Source: an uncultured virus (IMG/VR IMGVR_UViG_3300001518_000034)
Lineage: Duplodnaviria > Heunggongvirae > Uroviricota > Caudoviricetes
Strand: one strand, 5' to 3'
Virus record (IMG/VR): IMGVR_UViG_3300001518_000034
DNA: 64,000 nucleotides
Part shown: positions 19,003 to 30,297 of the stretch, piece after piece
Numbering within the stretch: the stretch's first letter is position 1
Layout: the number at the start of each line of letters is the position of its first letter
Notes under the pieces: model-generated
What the model saw: the letters and a program-made list of their open reading frames with translations, nothing else
The model's database searches: none
What the model was told of the DNA's origin: nothing
Program-made: the position numbers and the translations under genes

Positions 19003-22000
19003 TTAATATAAGTTATATTTAATTGTTAATGTATATAAATCATAATCTCTATCTCCATTAGAATTTTTATGGAAAGATTTTATGGTATGTGAATATTTAA
19101 TATCATATTTCTTATATAAAAATAAAATATCGTTTTCCGTTAACATTTTATTTTCATTTAATAAATGTTGCTTAAATAAATCATATACATATTTTTCATC
19201 ATTTTCTTTTTCATCAATTTCTTTTTTTGTAAATAAGTTTTTATTTTCTTCATTATCAGATACTGGTTTTATTGAAAATGATGTTTCTAAATTATAAAAT
19301 TTATTATGATTATAATTTTTATATTCAACAGGTGTAAATTTAGAAATATTTAAATTTAAATATGATAAATTATGATTTTGTTCTAATGAATTATCAAAAT
19401 ATAATATTTGTTTATCATTATAAATATTATTTGTACGTTGATACATTATATATGATATTTTCTTATTATATAAATCATTTTCAATAAACTTATCAGTATT
19501 TTTATAATAAAGATAATATGATGTTACACTATTAGAATCATATATATAAGGTGTAATATTATCGAAATATCTTAATAATTGTAAGCTTGTTTTACCTTTT
19601 ACAATAATGTTATATGAATATGTTGTATTATCATTAGCATCATTATTAGGTATTTGTTGATAAATATTTGTTAATGTATATTTATTTGGTTTAATTACAA
19701 TATTTACATTATTTAAGAAATCTTTAACAATATTTGAATTATTAATATAAGGTACTAAATTATGATAATATTTTGTTAAATATGTATATTGATCATTTAA
19801 TATCGTATTTGTATATATATCATTAATGTATGAAACTACATTAATTTTATTAAAATTCTCGCTTAATAAATTTAATGAATTTCTTGTATTATCAAATTCT
19901 TCATGAATAATATAAAAACCATAAGTTGTTCCATTACAATTATATGTAATCATTTTACCATAATCTTTAAACCATTGATTATATGCTAAACTATATGAAC
20001 AATTAGGATTTAAAAAATAGGTATAAGTATAATTGTCATGATTATCAGGTATTTCTTCCGTAATAGATATTTCCTTTTCAATAATATTTTTTGTATTATT
20101 ATCTATTGTTTGTAAAATATATGACATTTCATAATTCATATATTTATTAACAAACATATCCGAATTAACAATACAATTATTATATTTAGTATATAATGAA
20201 TATCTATAAGGACATAATCCTAAATTAATATTATTATCATTTTTAGGTAAATAAACTAAACAATCAATATTATGAACCGCATGTTTATATGTATCACTAT
20301 TTTCAGATTTAATAATATTATTTAAGAATGTATCATTATAAATTTTTGTTTGAATTTTTTCTTCAATATATATACTATTAAAATATGGATAAAGTTCTAA
20401 ATCTTCATTATCTATAATTTTTGTAGTTTTCCACTGGTCTTTAGATTGTTCATCTTTATTTTCAAACAATGTTAATTCTAATTTTGAATTATTTAATACA
20501 TATTCAAATTTATAATCACTTGAATCATATAATTTATAAAGATATAAGTCTTTAAATAAATTATGTGAATTTAATTGCATAATAAGCTCATAAAGCTTCT
20601 TATTAACTATACCCATAGTCTTTTTAAAACATAATTCAAAATTACGTATAGAATATGGTAAATCTTTTAATTTATCTTTATAATCAGCAAAATAATTGTT
20701 TGTAAAATAGAAATATCCAGTATCGTCATATCCAATATAATCTAATAATTTAGAAAGAGTAATTGATGAAATATTATTATCTTTATCTTTAAAATATTCA
20801 TCTAATGAAATATGTATTGTTGTTGTATTAATAAAATTAATTCCTGATTTATTATCATAATCAACTACAACATCATTTAATAAATGTAATTTAATAAATA
20901 TATTATGTAGTAATTCACTAACATTGCATGTTAATGATTTGTTTTCATTATTAAATAATTTATTAAAATATTTATGTACATGATCCATATTTAAAAAATT
21001 ACAATAGCAATTTTCAACTTTAAAGAAACTAAAATCATTATCTTCTTTAAAGTATTCATGATAAAATTTATTTAAATTATATGGATCAATAAATAATACA
21101 TCTTCATGAAAATTATTTAATATATACCAGTCATTTTTATCATGATTTTCTTGATTTTCAAAATCATATTGAGTATATTTACCGTAATGATTATCCTTTT
21201 CTTTTAATTTAATAAAACATATATCACTATATGATTGTTTGTCATTTTTATCATATAATGTATTTGAAATATAATATTTATTTAATTTAGCATTATTTAG
21301 ATCATTATTATAATTGTCATCACTATTATCTATATCATTTTTATATAAATTCTTTAAATCATTTAATAATATAAAATCTGTTTTAAAATAAACAGTAATT
21401 TTTGTATCATAAGGTATATCATATAATAATTCACTATTTTCTAATAATTTATATTTTATTTTATTTGGATAAACTGAAAAATATAAATCATCATATGCCC
21501 AATAAATATCATCATTTTCTAAAAATTTATGTTCACTATATATTAAATTATCATTATTAAATTGATTTTTTTTGTTTGGATAAAGTTTTAATAATTGACT
21601 ATATATTTCACTAATAATATTGTTTTTATATTTAATATCAATTATTCTATATCCATTAATAATATTTAAATCATAATTATTATAAATTTTATCATATAAT
21701 ATCTTATTATAATCATTTGGGAATAAATTACCATACATTAATATTTCTTTAACATCAACATATAAATTTTGATCACTATAATGTAATTTATTATTTTCTT
21801 GTTGATTTAAATAATATGCATTTATATCTACATAATCACCAGATTTATCATTAACTGCACAACATTGATCGTTATATACAATATTATTATTAGTTATATA
21901 TGCAATATTTGAATTAATAAAATCATATTTATATATATAACTAGAAATAGTATCAATAGGTTTTTCTGGTACTTCTTGTGAAATTTGATTAAATGACTCT

Positions 22001-23571
22001 AATGTAGAATTTGAATGTATAGTATATTTAACGGAATTATATGTTGTATTATAATCAAAATTAGATATTGAAGACATCATTTCAGGATTGACAAATATAC
22101 TAAATTTATCAATCTTAGGCATATCTTTATATTGTGAATATATAATATTAAAATCATATAAAACACCTTTATAATATAATTTATTATCTGAATTTATTGT
22201 TGTCCAATATTCATCATTTGTAAATATATTATCATATGTATTATCTGAATGTTTAACTAATAGATTATAAAAGTTCGTAATATAATTTTTATTGAAATAA
22301 TCATAGTAATCAGATTTAATATTTAATAAGTTACCACTACTATCTTCAATATCATTTAAATCAAAATACATATTATAATTTTCTCCTTTAAATTTACAAA
22401 TAGCATCTTTAGTTTTGTAAATTAAAGGAAATTCTTTATAACTATATAATGAATTTTGATTATTTGAAAATGCAAAATTATTATTGATAATATATGGATA
22501 ATTATCAGAAGAATATTTTAATTTCCATCTATTATAATTTTTAACAATAGTATTAATATATTTATAATTTTCTGATGATGCTTCTTTAAATGCAGGATAA
22601 TTCATATCTAAAATATTTTTAGAACTATTAACATATGTAAATATATTTGCTGATGTTAATTGATAAACAGATTCAGAATAAAAAGTATAATTGTCGGAAA
22701 AATTATAAAACTTTTCGGCTTTTGTTGAACCTTTTGTATACCATTCACCTGAGATTATAATTTCAGCGTCATTAAAAATACTTTGTTCATATAATGTTAA
22801 TAGATTTTGTGGATTAAAATAAAATGATAATGGAATAATTTGTTTCATCATCATATTATTTCTTTTAAAACCAAAATTAATTATAGCATCAAAATCATTA
22901 ATTGTATAATATTGTTTATAAAGATTTTTACTTATATTATCTTCAATATGTATAAATCCTCCATGAAGTAAATCTATGCCATGATACATATTCTTATATG
23001 TACTTGACATATATATTACTTTATCATCGATTTTACTTGCATATCGTTGTAAATAATCTCCTAAATAATTTTCACCATCTTCATTATTATATATATCAAT
23101 TATTAATTCCTTTTTTAATGTATTAACTTTATTAAAAATACATGTTATTTTGAAATATTTATCTTTAATGTCATCTAAGCTTTCAATATAAATTGGAGCA
23201 AAAAATGCCATTTGATTTTCATATTTACTATAAGAAATACGTTTACAACCAAATTGAAAATCTTCATTTCCATCTGGTACATTATTTGTAAAATCAATAA
23301 TTGGTATATTTATTTTTGAATAATTATAATTTGTTTTATAAAAAGTATCAAAATAATTACTGTAAAATTTCTTTACATCATATTCAAAACTATTATTTTT
23401 TAAATTAACATATATATTCTTATCAAATAATGTATGCGCAATTGGTAAAAGCTTAGCAACCTTTACATTACATGTATATGTTTTATTATGTCTTTTATAA
23501 TCATCAACAAAACAACTAAGCTTCATATTACCTGATAAGCTTGGTAATGTTTTTAATAATGCCTTGAACAT
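19003..23571 (-). CDS. Large hypothetical protein, probably virion structural
   Basis: 1522-aa uninterrupted ORF. Confidence 0.6.
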   Translation of the reverse strand: MFKALLKTLPSLSGNMKLSCFVDDYKRHNKTYTCNVKVAKLLPIAHTLFDKNIYVNLKNNSFEYDVKKFYSNYFDTFYKTNYNYSKINIPIIDFTNNVPDGNEDFQFGCKRISYSKYENQMAFFAPIYIESLDDIKDKYFKITCIFNKVNTLKKELIIDIYNNEDGENYLGDYLQRYASKIDDKVIYMSSTYKNMYHGIDLLHGGFIHIEDNISKNLYKQYYTINDFDAIINFGFKRNNMMMKQIIPLSFYFNPQNLLTLYEQSIFNDAEIIISGEWYTKGSTKAEKFYNFSDNYTFYSESVYQLTSANIFTYVNSSKNILDMNYPAFKEASSENYKYINTIVKNYNRWKLKYSSDNYPYIINNNFAFSNNQNSLYSYKEFPLIYKTKDAICKFKGENYNMYFDLNDIEDSSGNLLNIKSDYYDYFNKNYITNFYNLLVKHSDNTYDNIFTNDEYWTTINSDNKLYYKGVLYDFNIIYSQYKDMPKIDKFSIFVNPEMMSSISNFDYNTTYNSVKYTIHSNSTLESFNQISQEVPEKPIDTISSYIYKYDFINSNIAYITNNNIVYNDQCCAVNDKSGDYVDINAYYLNQQENNKLHYSDQNLYVDVKEILMYGNLFPNDYNKILYDKIYNNYDLNIINGYRIIDIKYKNNIISEIYSQLLKLYPNKKNQFNNDNLIYSEHKFLENDDIYWAYDDLYFSVYPNKIKYKLLENSELLYDIPYDTKITVYFKTDFILLNDLKNLYKNDIDNSDDNYNNDLNNAKLNKYYISNTLYDKNDKQSYSDICFIKLKEKDNHYGKYTQYDFENQENHDKNDWYILNNFHEDVLFIDPYNLNKFYHEYFKEDNDFSFFKVENCYCNFLNMDHVHKYFNKLFNNENKSLTCNVSELLHNIFIKLHLLNDVVVDYDNKSGINFINTTTIHISLDEYFKDKDNNISSITLSKLLDYIGYDDTGYFYFTNNYFADYKDKLKDLPYSIRNFELCFKKTMGIVNKKLYELIMQLNSHNLFKDLYLYKLYDSSDYKFEYVLNNSKLELTLFENKDEQSKDQWKTTKIIDNEDLELYPYFNSIYIEEKIQTKIYNDTFLNNIIKSENSDTYKHAVHNIDCLVYLPKNDNNINLGLCPYRYSLYTKYNNCIVNSDMFVNKYMNYEMSYILQTIDNNTKNIIEKEISITEEIPDNHDNYTYTYFLNPNCSYSLAYNQWFKDYGKMITYNCNGTTYGFYIIHEEFDNTRNSLNLLSENFNKINVVSYINDIYTNTILNDQYTYLTKYYHNLVPYINNSNIVKDFLNNVNIVIKPNKYTLTNIYQQIPNNDANDNTTYSYNIIVKGKTSLQLLRYFDNITPYIYDSNSVTSYYLYYKNTDKFIENDLYNKKISYIMYQRTNNIYNDKQILYFDNSLEQNHNLSYLNLNISKFTPVEYKNYNHNKFYNLETSFSIKPVSDNEENKNLFTKKEIDEKENDEKYVYDLFKQHLLNENKMLTENDILFLYKKYDIKYSHTIKSFHKNSNGDRDYDLYTLTIKYNLY

Positions 23572-23610
23572 ATAAATATCTTTCTTAAATAAATTTGTTT
23601 ATTAAAAATA

Positions 23611-23636
23611 AAAAAAGGATAGGTAAAACCTATCCT
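23611..23636 (-). terminator. Intrinsic terminator after the zinc-ribbon gene
   Basis: aggataggt-aaa-acctatcct with a flanking A-tract (T-tract on the minus strand). Confidence 0.75.
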
Positions 23637-23659
23637 CTTTATTATAATTTATTTACATA

Positions 23660-24697
23660 TTATTTTAATATTTCTCCACAATGTGGACATTCCATCATAT
23701 TACTTCTAACATTTCTACCACAATGTGGACATTTTTCAATAAAATAATCTGAATTTTTTGTTTTTTTGTTATTTGCACAAAAATCAATTTTAGTTCCACA
23801 ATATGGACAAAACTTATATTTTGTATTAAGTTTTCTACCACAGTTAGGACAATAAATCTTTTGTAAATCTTCTGATGTTATAGGTTTTTGTGATGTTGGT
23901 AATATTTGAATTGTTTCTATTGTAAATGGTGCATATTCAAAATCAACATTTATTGAATTAAATTTTTGAGAAGAATGACTACCTTTATCTATGCGACCAG
24001 TTTCTACTAATTTTGATCTTACTTTATGAGTTGATTTATAATTATTATTTGTTGCACTTGAAATGTCACATCCTAATGTTGTTGATGTTGTTGCTGTAGA
24101 AGTTGAACCATATACTGCACTAGTTGCATTGTTTGCATTGTCAACTGATTTACATAATTGAATAGAATTAGCATGTGAATCTAATGAAGCATCTAACGAA
24201 GCATCTAATGAAGCTACACTACTAATTTGAGTACAACAATTATCTGGTATATAATCACAATAATTTATATAATTATTATTACCATTCCAAACAGTAGTAG
24301 CTACACATGGTTGATACTTTATTTGTTCCTTTTCTTTAAAAAATCTAATAGTTACTAATCCATTTGCTTTAATAGCTTCTTGTGTAGCTTTAGAATTACC
24401 AACTTCATATGTACTAAATAATAATTTTGCTTCATCATTTAAGTATCTTTCTAACCATACACGTTGACCAGGTTTAATAACTAATAATTGTTCATACCAA
24501 GAACTATAATAACCTGTTTTTTCATTAAAATTAAATGATACACCAATAGTATAAGAATAAGGATTAAAAATTTGGATTTGAAATTCTGTACCGTCATCCA
24601 TATATACGATACGATCATTGGAAGAATTTGAATACTCTTTAAGGAGAGATTTATTTACGGCAATTTTAGCCAATTGTTCATTAATTGTCTTGTTCAT
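23660..24697 (-). CDS. Protein with two C-terminal zinc ribbons
   Basis: CPNCG..CPYCG and CPHCG..CPHCG; Ser/Thr-rich linker. Confidence 0.75.
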   Translation of the reverse strand: MNKTINEQLAKIAVNKSLLKEYSNSSNDRIVYMDDGTEFQIQIFNPYSYTIGVSFNFNEKTGYYSSWYEQLLVIKPGQRVWLERYLNDEAKLLFSTYEVGNSKATQEAIKANGLVTIRFFKEKEQIKYQPCVATTVWNGNNNYINYCDYIPDNCCTQISSVASLDASLDASLDSHANSIQLCKSVDNANNATSAVYGSTSTATTSTTLGCDISSATNNNYKSTHKVRSKLVETGRIDKGSHSSQKFNSINVDFEYAPFTIETIQILPTSQKPITSEDLQKIYCPNCGRKLNTKYKFCPYCGTKIDFCANNKKTKNSDYFIEKCPHCGRNVRSNMMECPHCGEILK

Positions 24698-24874
24698 AGT
24701 TTTAGTTTTTATATTTTTATTACACTATGTTTTAATATTATCGAGTCTTTATTATCAAGTAATATCAACTCTCAAAAGGATTTTTAATTCCTCAATACTA
24801 AAACAATACTACTTATCTATTTTAATATAATTAAAAATAAAAAAAGAAGTTAACAAATGTTAACCTCTTATAAA

Positions 24875-26068
24875 TTATTTATTAATAAAATGCGAATCTT
24901 TTTTATGTTTTGTTAATATATTTCCTCCCATTAAAGCATCTGCTACTTTTAAATTTTCATCTGTTATACCTGGATCTCCTTTATCTCCAATAAGATAACC
25001 AGATTTATCATTCATATCTTCCCCCACTAATTTGTTAGATTTTGTATCTTCTTCTTTAATTGGTTCTTCATCATTTGAATGTGAATCTCCTGTAATTGTT
25101 TCTTCTGTTTGTTTATCTGTTGTTTCCAAAGGTTTTTCTCCATCATCAGTCGATTTATATTGTTCTCTATCATCATCTTTATTATCTATTTTTTCAGGAA
25201 TTTCAATATTTTCATTATTAGATTGGTTTTTTTCTGTAGATTCTTCTCCTCTTTGTTTTTCTTTATCTGTTCGTCCATCATTTGTCTGGCTTTCTTCTGT
25301 TGTGGTGAATCCCACATCTGTACCGGACAACCCCGGTTGTGAATCTTCTTTTTCTTTATCATCTTCTTTTACTTTTTTTAATTCTTCTGGTTCTGAAAAT
25401 GGAATAGGTTCATGAATTTCTAAAGAAGGAATTTGTTGAATTTTTGGATTTTTTAAATCTTCTAATTCTTTTTTCAAATTATTAATTTCTTCATCTTTCT
25501 TTGTATTAGATTCTTGTAAACCTTGATTTTCCATATGAAGCATAGAATTTTGATTAATTAAAGGATTTTCATTATTAATAACCATTGGAGCTTCTGGTGC
25601 TTCATTATTTTTATCTTTCTCATCTTCTAAATAGTTAGTTACCATAGCTGACATGGCAAGGGCGACAAGAGGTAAAATTCCTCCCACGATGTATGTTATA
25701 ATAACTGTAGCCTGAGCATCTGGAATATCTGTCCATATAAAAACTGGTTCTTTAAAGAAACGTAAATTTTCGGGTGAATTTGATACAATATATTTATATG
25801 AACTAAATACATTACCTAAAATTTGTACCGCCGTTAATATACACATTAATATCCATGGCATTACTTTAGATTTTCCGGTTGATGATGTTAATATTGAAAA
25901 TAAAACAGCACTTTGTCCTATTTCAAAAATCACTGCCAATAATATCGCTAACCATAATAAATTGGCAAGAGCAAAAAAACTAACAGCATGAATTAAACTT
26001 ACCAATGCAACACCACCATACAATATTCCAAATAATGTTATATAAATATTCTTTTTATTAAATTTCAT
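24875..26068 (-). CDS. Membrane protein: four N-terminal TM helices, coiled coil and acidic low-complexity tail
   Basis: Hydrophobic residues ~8-143, then an E/K/D-rich tail. Confidence 0.7.
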   Translation of the reverse strand: MKFNKKNIYITLFGILYGGVALVSLIHAVSFFALANLLWLAILLAVIFEIGQSAVLFSILTSSTGKSKVMPWILMCILTAVQILGNVFSSYKYIVSNSPENLRFFKEPVFIWTDIPDAQATVIITYIVGGILPLVALAMSAMVTNYLEDEKDKNNEAPEAPMVINNENPLINQNSMLHMENQGLQESNTKKDEEINNLKKELEDLKNPKIQQIPSLEIHEPIPFSEPEELKKVKEDDKEKEDSQPGLSGTDVGFTTTEESQTNDGRTDKEKQRGEESTEKNQSNNENIEIPEKIDNKDDDREQYKSTDDGEKPLETTDKQTEETITGDSHSNDEEPIKEEDTKSNKLVGEDMNDKSGYLIGDKGDPGITDENLKVADALMGGNILTKHKKDSHFINK

Positions 26069-27247
26069 TTATGTATTGTTTTAATTTATTTTTTAATTCG
26101 TCTAAATTCCAAGCTTCTATAAAATTTAAATTATTATCTTTAGCTATTTGTCTTTTAAAAGGATCTGATTTTGTCCAAACATTAATTTTTTGTTGAAATA
26201 AATCATTTTTATTTGTTTTATTTATTAATGTATTTAATTCATTAATATCATCTATATTATTAGGATATTATTAGGATCAAATGCATGATTACCATGTGAA
26301 TAAAATCCTTGTATTTCTATAAATAAATCAATTGATTGAATGTAAAAATCTGTTAAAAATTTTCGATTAGTTATTGGATTTTTATATCTAATATCTCTAT
26401 ATTGACGATATATATCATTTTTATCAAATAATGTTAATAAATATTGATATGTTAAATTTTCAAATGTTGATGATACCCATGTATTGTGTTTATGTTTTGA
26501 TTCAATCATTTTATTATAACTAATAGGATTTTGTAATGCGTGTTCATATCCATATTTATTTTTTAATGATTGCTTAAAATGTTCTTTAACTTCATCTGAA
26601 TGCATTGGTGATTTACCACCATAACGTTCAATATTAGTTCTATCTCTTTTATCTAAATTATTATATCTACCATAACGTTGTATTGATGTTTCTTTAGCCT
26701 TTTCTCTATTTTCTTTTGATTTAAAATTATGATCAACACCAAAATGTTTTAAAAATGTTTGCTTAGCCTTTTCATAATTATACCCATTTGGTTTTCCATA
26801 TTTTTCTAAACATGTTTGTTTAGCTTTTTCTTTAACAATATTTGATTTTGATGAATTATCATACCCATATTTTTCTAAACATGTTTGTTTATAATGTTCT
26901 TTTGCTATTTCTGATTTTGCTGGATTATCTACTCCATATTTTTTAAAACATGTTTCTTTAACATGTTGATGTATTAATCGATAATTACATTCTTTTGAAC
27001 ATGTTAATGAATATCCTATTGTACTATTACGATAATATGTTAATTTTCCACATATTGGACATTTTGGAATTTCTTCAATTTTATGTTTTATTCTATATAT
27101 TATTTCAGTTAAATTATGATTAGTATCGTCATTAAATCTGTTTAATAAATATTTTAATTCATCATCATTAATATTTTTTAATCGTATTGTATTAATTTGA
27201 TTACGTATATTGAGATATTTATTTAAAATATATTCATCAGTTATCAT
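26058..27247 (-). pseudogene. Homing-endonuclease-like gene (Zn finger, KxTCxxKYG repeats, PD-(D/E)XK/Vsr-like domain) frameshifted by an 11-bp tandem duplication
   Basis: CPICG..CSKEC; repeats KETCFKKYGVDN and KQTCLEKYGYDN; TDFYI..LFIEIQG..HG. tattattagga is duplicated at 26255-26276; removing one copy extends the ORF to the TAA at 26058-26060 (392 aa, ...WTKSDPFKRQIAKDNNLNFIEAW...). Confidence 0.8.
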
Positions 27248-27301
27248 TAAATGTTATTAACTATATTTTATTTAAAATAGTTATTTCATTATATAATAAT
27301 A

Positions 27302-27329
27302 AAATGAGATACTACGTAGTATCTCATTT
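27302..27329. terminator. Perfect 28-bp palindrome at the end of the 27324-27848 gene
   Basis: aaatgagatactac|gtagtatctcattt. Confidence 0.65.
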
Positions 27330-27848
27330 ATATTTAATATTTTTTTCATCTAAAATTATTTCTAAAGGCCATTCATTTTCTTTTGATGATTCACATTGTT
27401 TAAATATTTCAATTAATGTTTCATTTATATCTTCTATCGATTCATCTTTTAAATCAAATTCATCAAATTTAATAATATATCTTAATTTTTCTAATTTGGT
27501 ATAAACAAACTTTGCATCATCTTTTATTTTATTATCGTAATTAGTATCAAAATCTATAAAATCCTTTTCATCAGTATCTTCAGATTTTTCATAAGTTTCA
27601 TATTCAAAAACTACATCAAAAATATTTTCAGCATTTTTTCCAAAGAAATCTTCAGTATGATCTTCTCCACCTGGCATGTCTTTAAAATATCTATCTTGAA
27701 TATAAATTTGAAAATCATCTTCAGACCAAACTTCTGGAGTTTTGAATACTATATAATCTTTATCTGGATTAACAATATAAGGAACTTCTAGATTTTTTAC
27801 TCGATAATCATTATATTCTTCTAATATAAATTGTTGAAGTGATTTCAT
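27324..27848 (-). CDS. Putative internal head protein (N-terminal MKSLQQFILE targeting peptide)
   Basis: N-terminus resembles the T4 IP capsid-targeting sequence MKTYQEFIAE. Confidence 0.55.
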   Translation of the reverse strand: MKSLQQFILEEYNDYRVKNLEVPYIVNPDKDYIVFKTPEVWSEDDFQIYIQDRYFKDMPGGEDHTEDFFGKNAENIFDVVFEYETYEKSEDTDEKDFIDFDTNYDNKIKDDAKFVYTKLEKLRYIIKFDEFDLKDESIEDINETLIEIFKQCESSKENEWPLEIILDEKNIKYK

Positions 27849-27853
27849 ATTAA

Positions 27854-28093
27854 TTAAAATGCATCTTTTTCTATAATAGTTTCTTCTTTAATAGCCTTTT
27901 GAAGCATTTGTAATTTGTCATATGTTCCAATAAAATATATTCCAGCATGAGGATCCCATCCAATTTCTATTCCACCAATATCTTTAATAGTTTTTCCTTT
28001 ATCAGATATTGTCCATGTATCACTATCTTCACTTTTTAGATATAATGCAGATAATGATTGATTTTCATTAATAAAATTATTTATGGTTTTCAT
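27854..28093 (-). CDS. Putative internal head protein (MKTINNFINE)
   Basis: Same N-terminal motif. Confidence 0.55.
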   Translation of the reverse strand: MKTINNFINENQSLSALYLKSEDSDTWTISDKGKTIKDIGGIEIGWDPHAGIYFIGTYDKLQMLQKAIKEETIIEKDAF

Positions 28094-28123
28094 TCTTTAG
28101 CTTTAAATAATATTTTTCGTTTA

Positions 28124-28426
28124 TTATGTTAAATAATTTATTTGTAGTTGAGATTTTTGTGATGTAATATTTAATTCTCTAATGGCATCAAATAAATCAT
28201 CTGCATATTCAAGTTTTATTCCTTCTGGAACAAATCTCTTTAATAACCTCATAATTTCTTCTACTTCATCAACAGATAAAACTTTTTTACTTGTTAATAA
28301 TTCATTAAATAATTTTCTTTCATTTTTATTAGTAATACATGACAATACATAAATCCATGCTGCTGATGAACTCCAAGGTAATGAATTATTTTTTCCTTCT
28401 AATAATATTTCTTTTATATCTTTCAT
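28124..28426 (-). CDS. Putative internal head protein (MKDIKEILLE)
   Basis: Same N-terminal motif. Confidence 0.55.
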   Translation of the reverse strand: MKDIKEILLEGKNNSLPWSSSAAWIYVLSCITNKNERKLFNELLTSKKVLSVDEVEEIMRLLKRFVPEGIKLEYADDLFDAIRELNITSQKSQLQINYLT

Positions 28427-28429
28427 GAA

Positions 28430-28705
28430 TTAATAATCTTTATATTTACTAAAATCTAGAATTTTGTTCTTTTCACAGTAATCACCAATAAGTTCAACAA
28501 TATCTTGTAAATATCCTGCAGCCTTTTCACCTTCTTTACCTCTACATATATCTGCTCCAGTTACTTCATTAGTTATATCCATTAAAAATCTACAAAATTC
28601 TGAAATATCTTTAGCTTCTTTATCTGCATAATTAAAAACAGCATCCCAAGCTTTATCTTGTAAAGTTGAATTGCTTTCATTTATTTTATTAACTATATCT
28701 TTCAT
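28430..28705 (-). CDS. Putative internal head protein (MKDIVNKINE)
   Basis: Same N-terminal motif. Confidence 0.55.
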   Translation of the reverse strand: MKDIVNKINESNSTLQDKAWDAVFNYADKEAKDISEFCRFLMDITNEVTGADICRGKEGEKAAGYLQDIVELIGDYCEKNKILDFSKYKDY

Positions 28706-28726
28706 AATGGTTTCTATATATTTTTA

Positions 28727-29023
28727 TTATTTTATTCTAACATATAGATTAATACCACCATCAGCATCATATATTTCTCCAATTTTTAATGCTTTAACAG
28801 CCTTTTCTCCGGTATCATCACCTTCAAAATCTTCAGTCCATTGTTTTAAATCATCTTCAGTATAAGGTGTAATTATTTGACCTTGAGTATTAATATATAA
28901 CCATTTTGCATCTTTCTTTTCAAGACCAGATAATTTAATACCTGAATGACTTGGGTCACTAACATTTGAAAGATATTCCCAAGCATTAGAACTTTCATTT
29001 ATATAATTTGTAATGTTTTTCAT
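28727..29023 (-). CDS. Putative internal head protein (MKNITNYINE)
   Basis: Same N-terminal motif. Confidence 0.55.
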   Translation of the reverse strand: MKNITNYINESSNAWEYLSNVSDPSHSGIKLSGLEKKDAKWLYINTQGQIITPYTEDDLKQWTEDFEGDDTGEKAVKALKIGEIYDADGGINLYVRIK

Positions 29024-30229
29024 TTATTCATCATCGTCTATATTTATATTAATTCCTTTTGTAGAATGAGCTTCATAATATTGATCATCTTCATTATATT
29101 TATCTTGTTTAGCTTCTCCTACAATATCTAAAATTTCATTAAATGCTGCCCAAAGTGTTTTATCATTTTTAATAAAATTAATAATTTTTTTCTTAATAGG
29201 TGTAATAGCAGATTCACCTATGCCATATTTTTTAGCTAATTCTTTACCTTTAATTTTCTTATGACCATTCAAACCAAATGATGAATAGAATATTTCCAAA
29301 TCACGTTCTTTGAAATTATCGTTTAATTTTTGATAAACAGCTTTCCAAAGTTTATCTAAATCATCATTATTTATACCTTTATATCCATTTTCACCGGTAT
29401 CAAGAATGTCAAATAATGTACGTGTATTACCACTATCATTCTTTCCAATACCTATATCACCACTAACAGAATATTTCTTTGTATTATGTCCCTTTTCTTG
29501 ACGTTCTTTTGATTGTTGTGATGCAGGAACACGTACTAAATGTGATGAATGCTTGATTTCTTCTCTAATACTGTTATCAATACAATATGCAGCAAATTGT
29601 GTAAATGAATATTTAGCTGTTTTATCATCCTTTTCAGCTTCTACCCATTTACCATTTTTATCACGTACTTTACGCTTACCAAACTTGTTCATAGCATAAG
29701 TAATTCCTTCATAAGCTACTGACAATAAATCATCTACACCAAGATTTGATTTACCAATCCATTGTCTAACTATCTTATGAATAAGTGGAGTATATTGTTG
29801 AACAATCTTATTACGACCACTTTCGGTCTTTAAATCAAGAAGAACTTCATCTGGAGAAATTTTCTTATTAACAATATCCTGAAATTGTTCTTTTGTTTGG
29901 AATACAGGAATTTCAAGTAAACGATCTGCTAATTTAACTTTACCAATACATTTATAAAGTTCTTTAAGATCATCATCCTTTGGAATTCCACGATTATAAA
30001 ATGCTGCTAATGCATTATCACTAGTTCCTTTAGGATCTAAGTCATGAAGATATGTTTCATTATTAACAATTAACCAATCAATAATTTCTTTTGTTTCTGA
30101 AGAAAGATATTTATTTGCAATGGTTAAATAACTTTTAAGGTCATCAACACCAATATAATTAATTGTGTTATCTTGGATGTTTAATTCCTTTTCTGATTTT
30201 ACCTCATTAAATTGTGAAAAGTTTTTCAT
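29024..30229 (-). CDS. RNA polymerase sigma70-family factor with N-terminal extension and MKNFSQFNE targeting-like peptide
   Basis: Region 2: RNKIVQQYTPLIHKIVRQW..DDLLSVAYEGITYAMNKF..FTQFAAYCIDNSIREEI..VRVP. Region 4: FKERDLEIFYSSFGLNG..GKELAKKYGIGESAITPIKKKII. Confidence 0.85.
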   Translation of the reverse strand: MKNFSQFNEVKSEKELNIQDNTINYIGVDDLKSYLTIANKYLSSETKEIIDWLIVNNETYLHDLDPKGTSDNALAAFYNRGIPKDDDLKELYKCIGKVKLADRLLEIPVFQTKEQFQDIVNKKISPDEVLLDLKTESGRNKIVQQYTPLIHKIVRQWIGKSNLGVDDLLSVAYEGITYAMNKFGKRKVRDKNGKWVEAEKDDKTAKYSFTQFAAYCIDNSIREEIKHSSHLVRVPASQQSKERQEKGHNTKKYSVSGDIGIGKNDSGNTRTLFDILDTGENGYKGINNDDLDKLWKAVYQKLNDNFKERDLEIFYSSFGLNGHKKIKGKELAKKYGIGESAITPIKKKIINFIKNDKTLWAAFNEILDIVGEAKQDKYNEDDQYYEAHSTKGININIDDDE

Positions 30230-30297
30230 AAATTATTACTTTATATTAAATTGTTTATATATACATACATAGCATACTAGCATAATAAATGCTAAAC

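Noticed and set aside
23701..23719. Possible in-window target of the hammerhead-like RNA (mRNA GGUAGAAAUGUU-A-GAAGUAA)
   Set aside because: It matches one arm at 11/12 with a valid UH, but the three positions next to the cleavage site mismatch the other arm, so stem I cannot form.
24179..24214. 12-bp tandem repeat encoding SLDASLDASLD
   Set aside because: Short in-frame low-complexity linker repeat with no evidence of a separate function.
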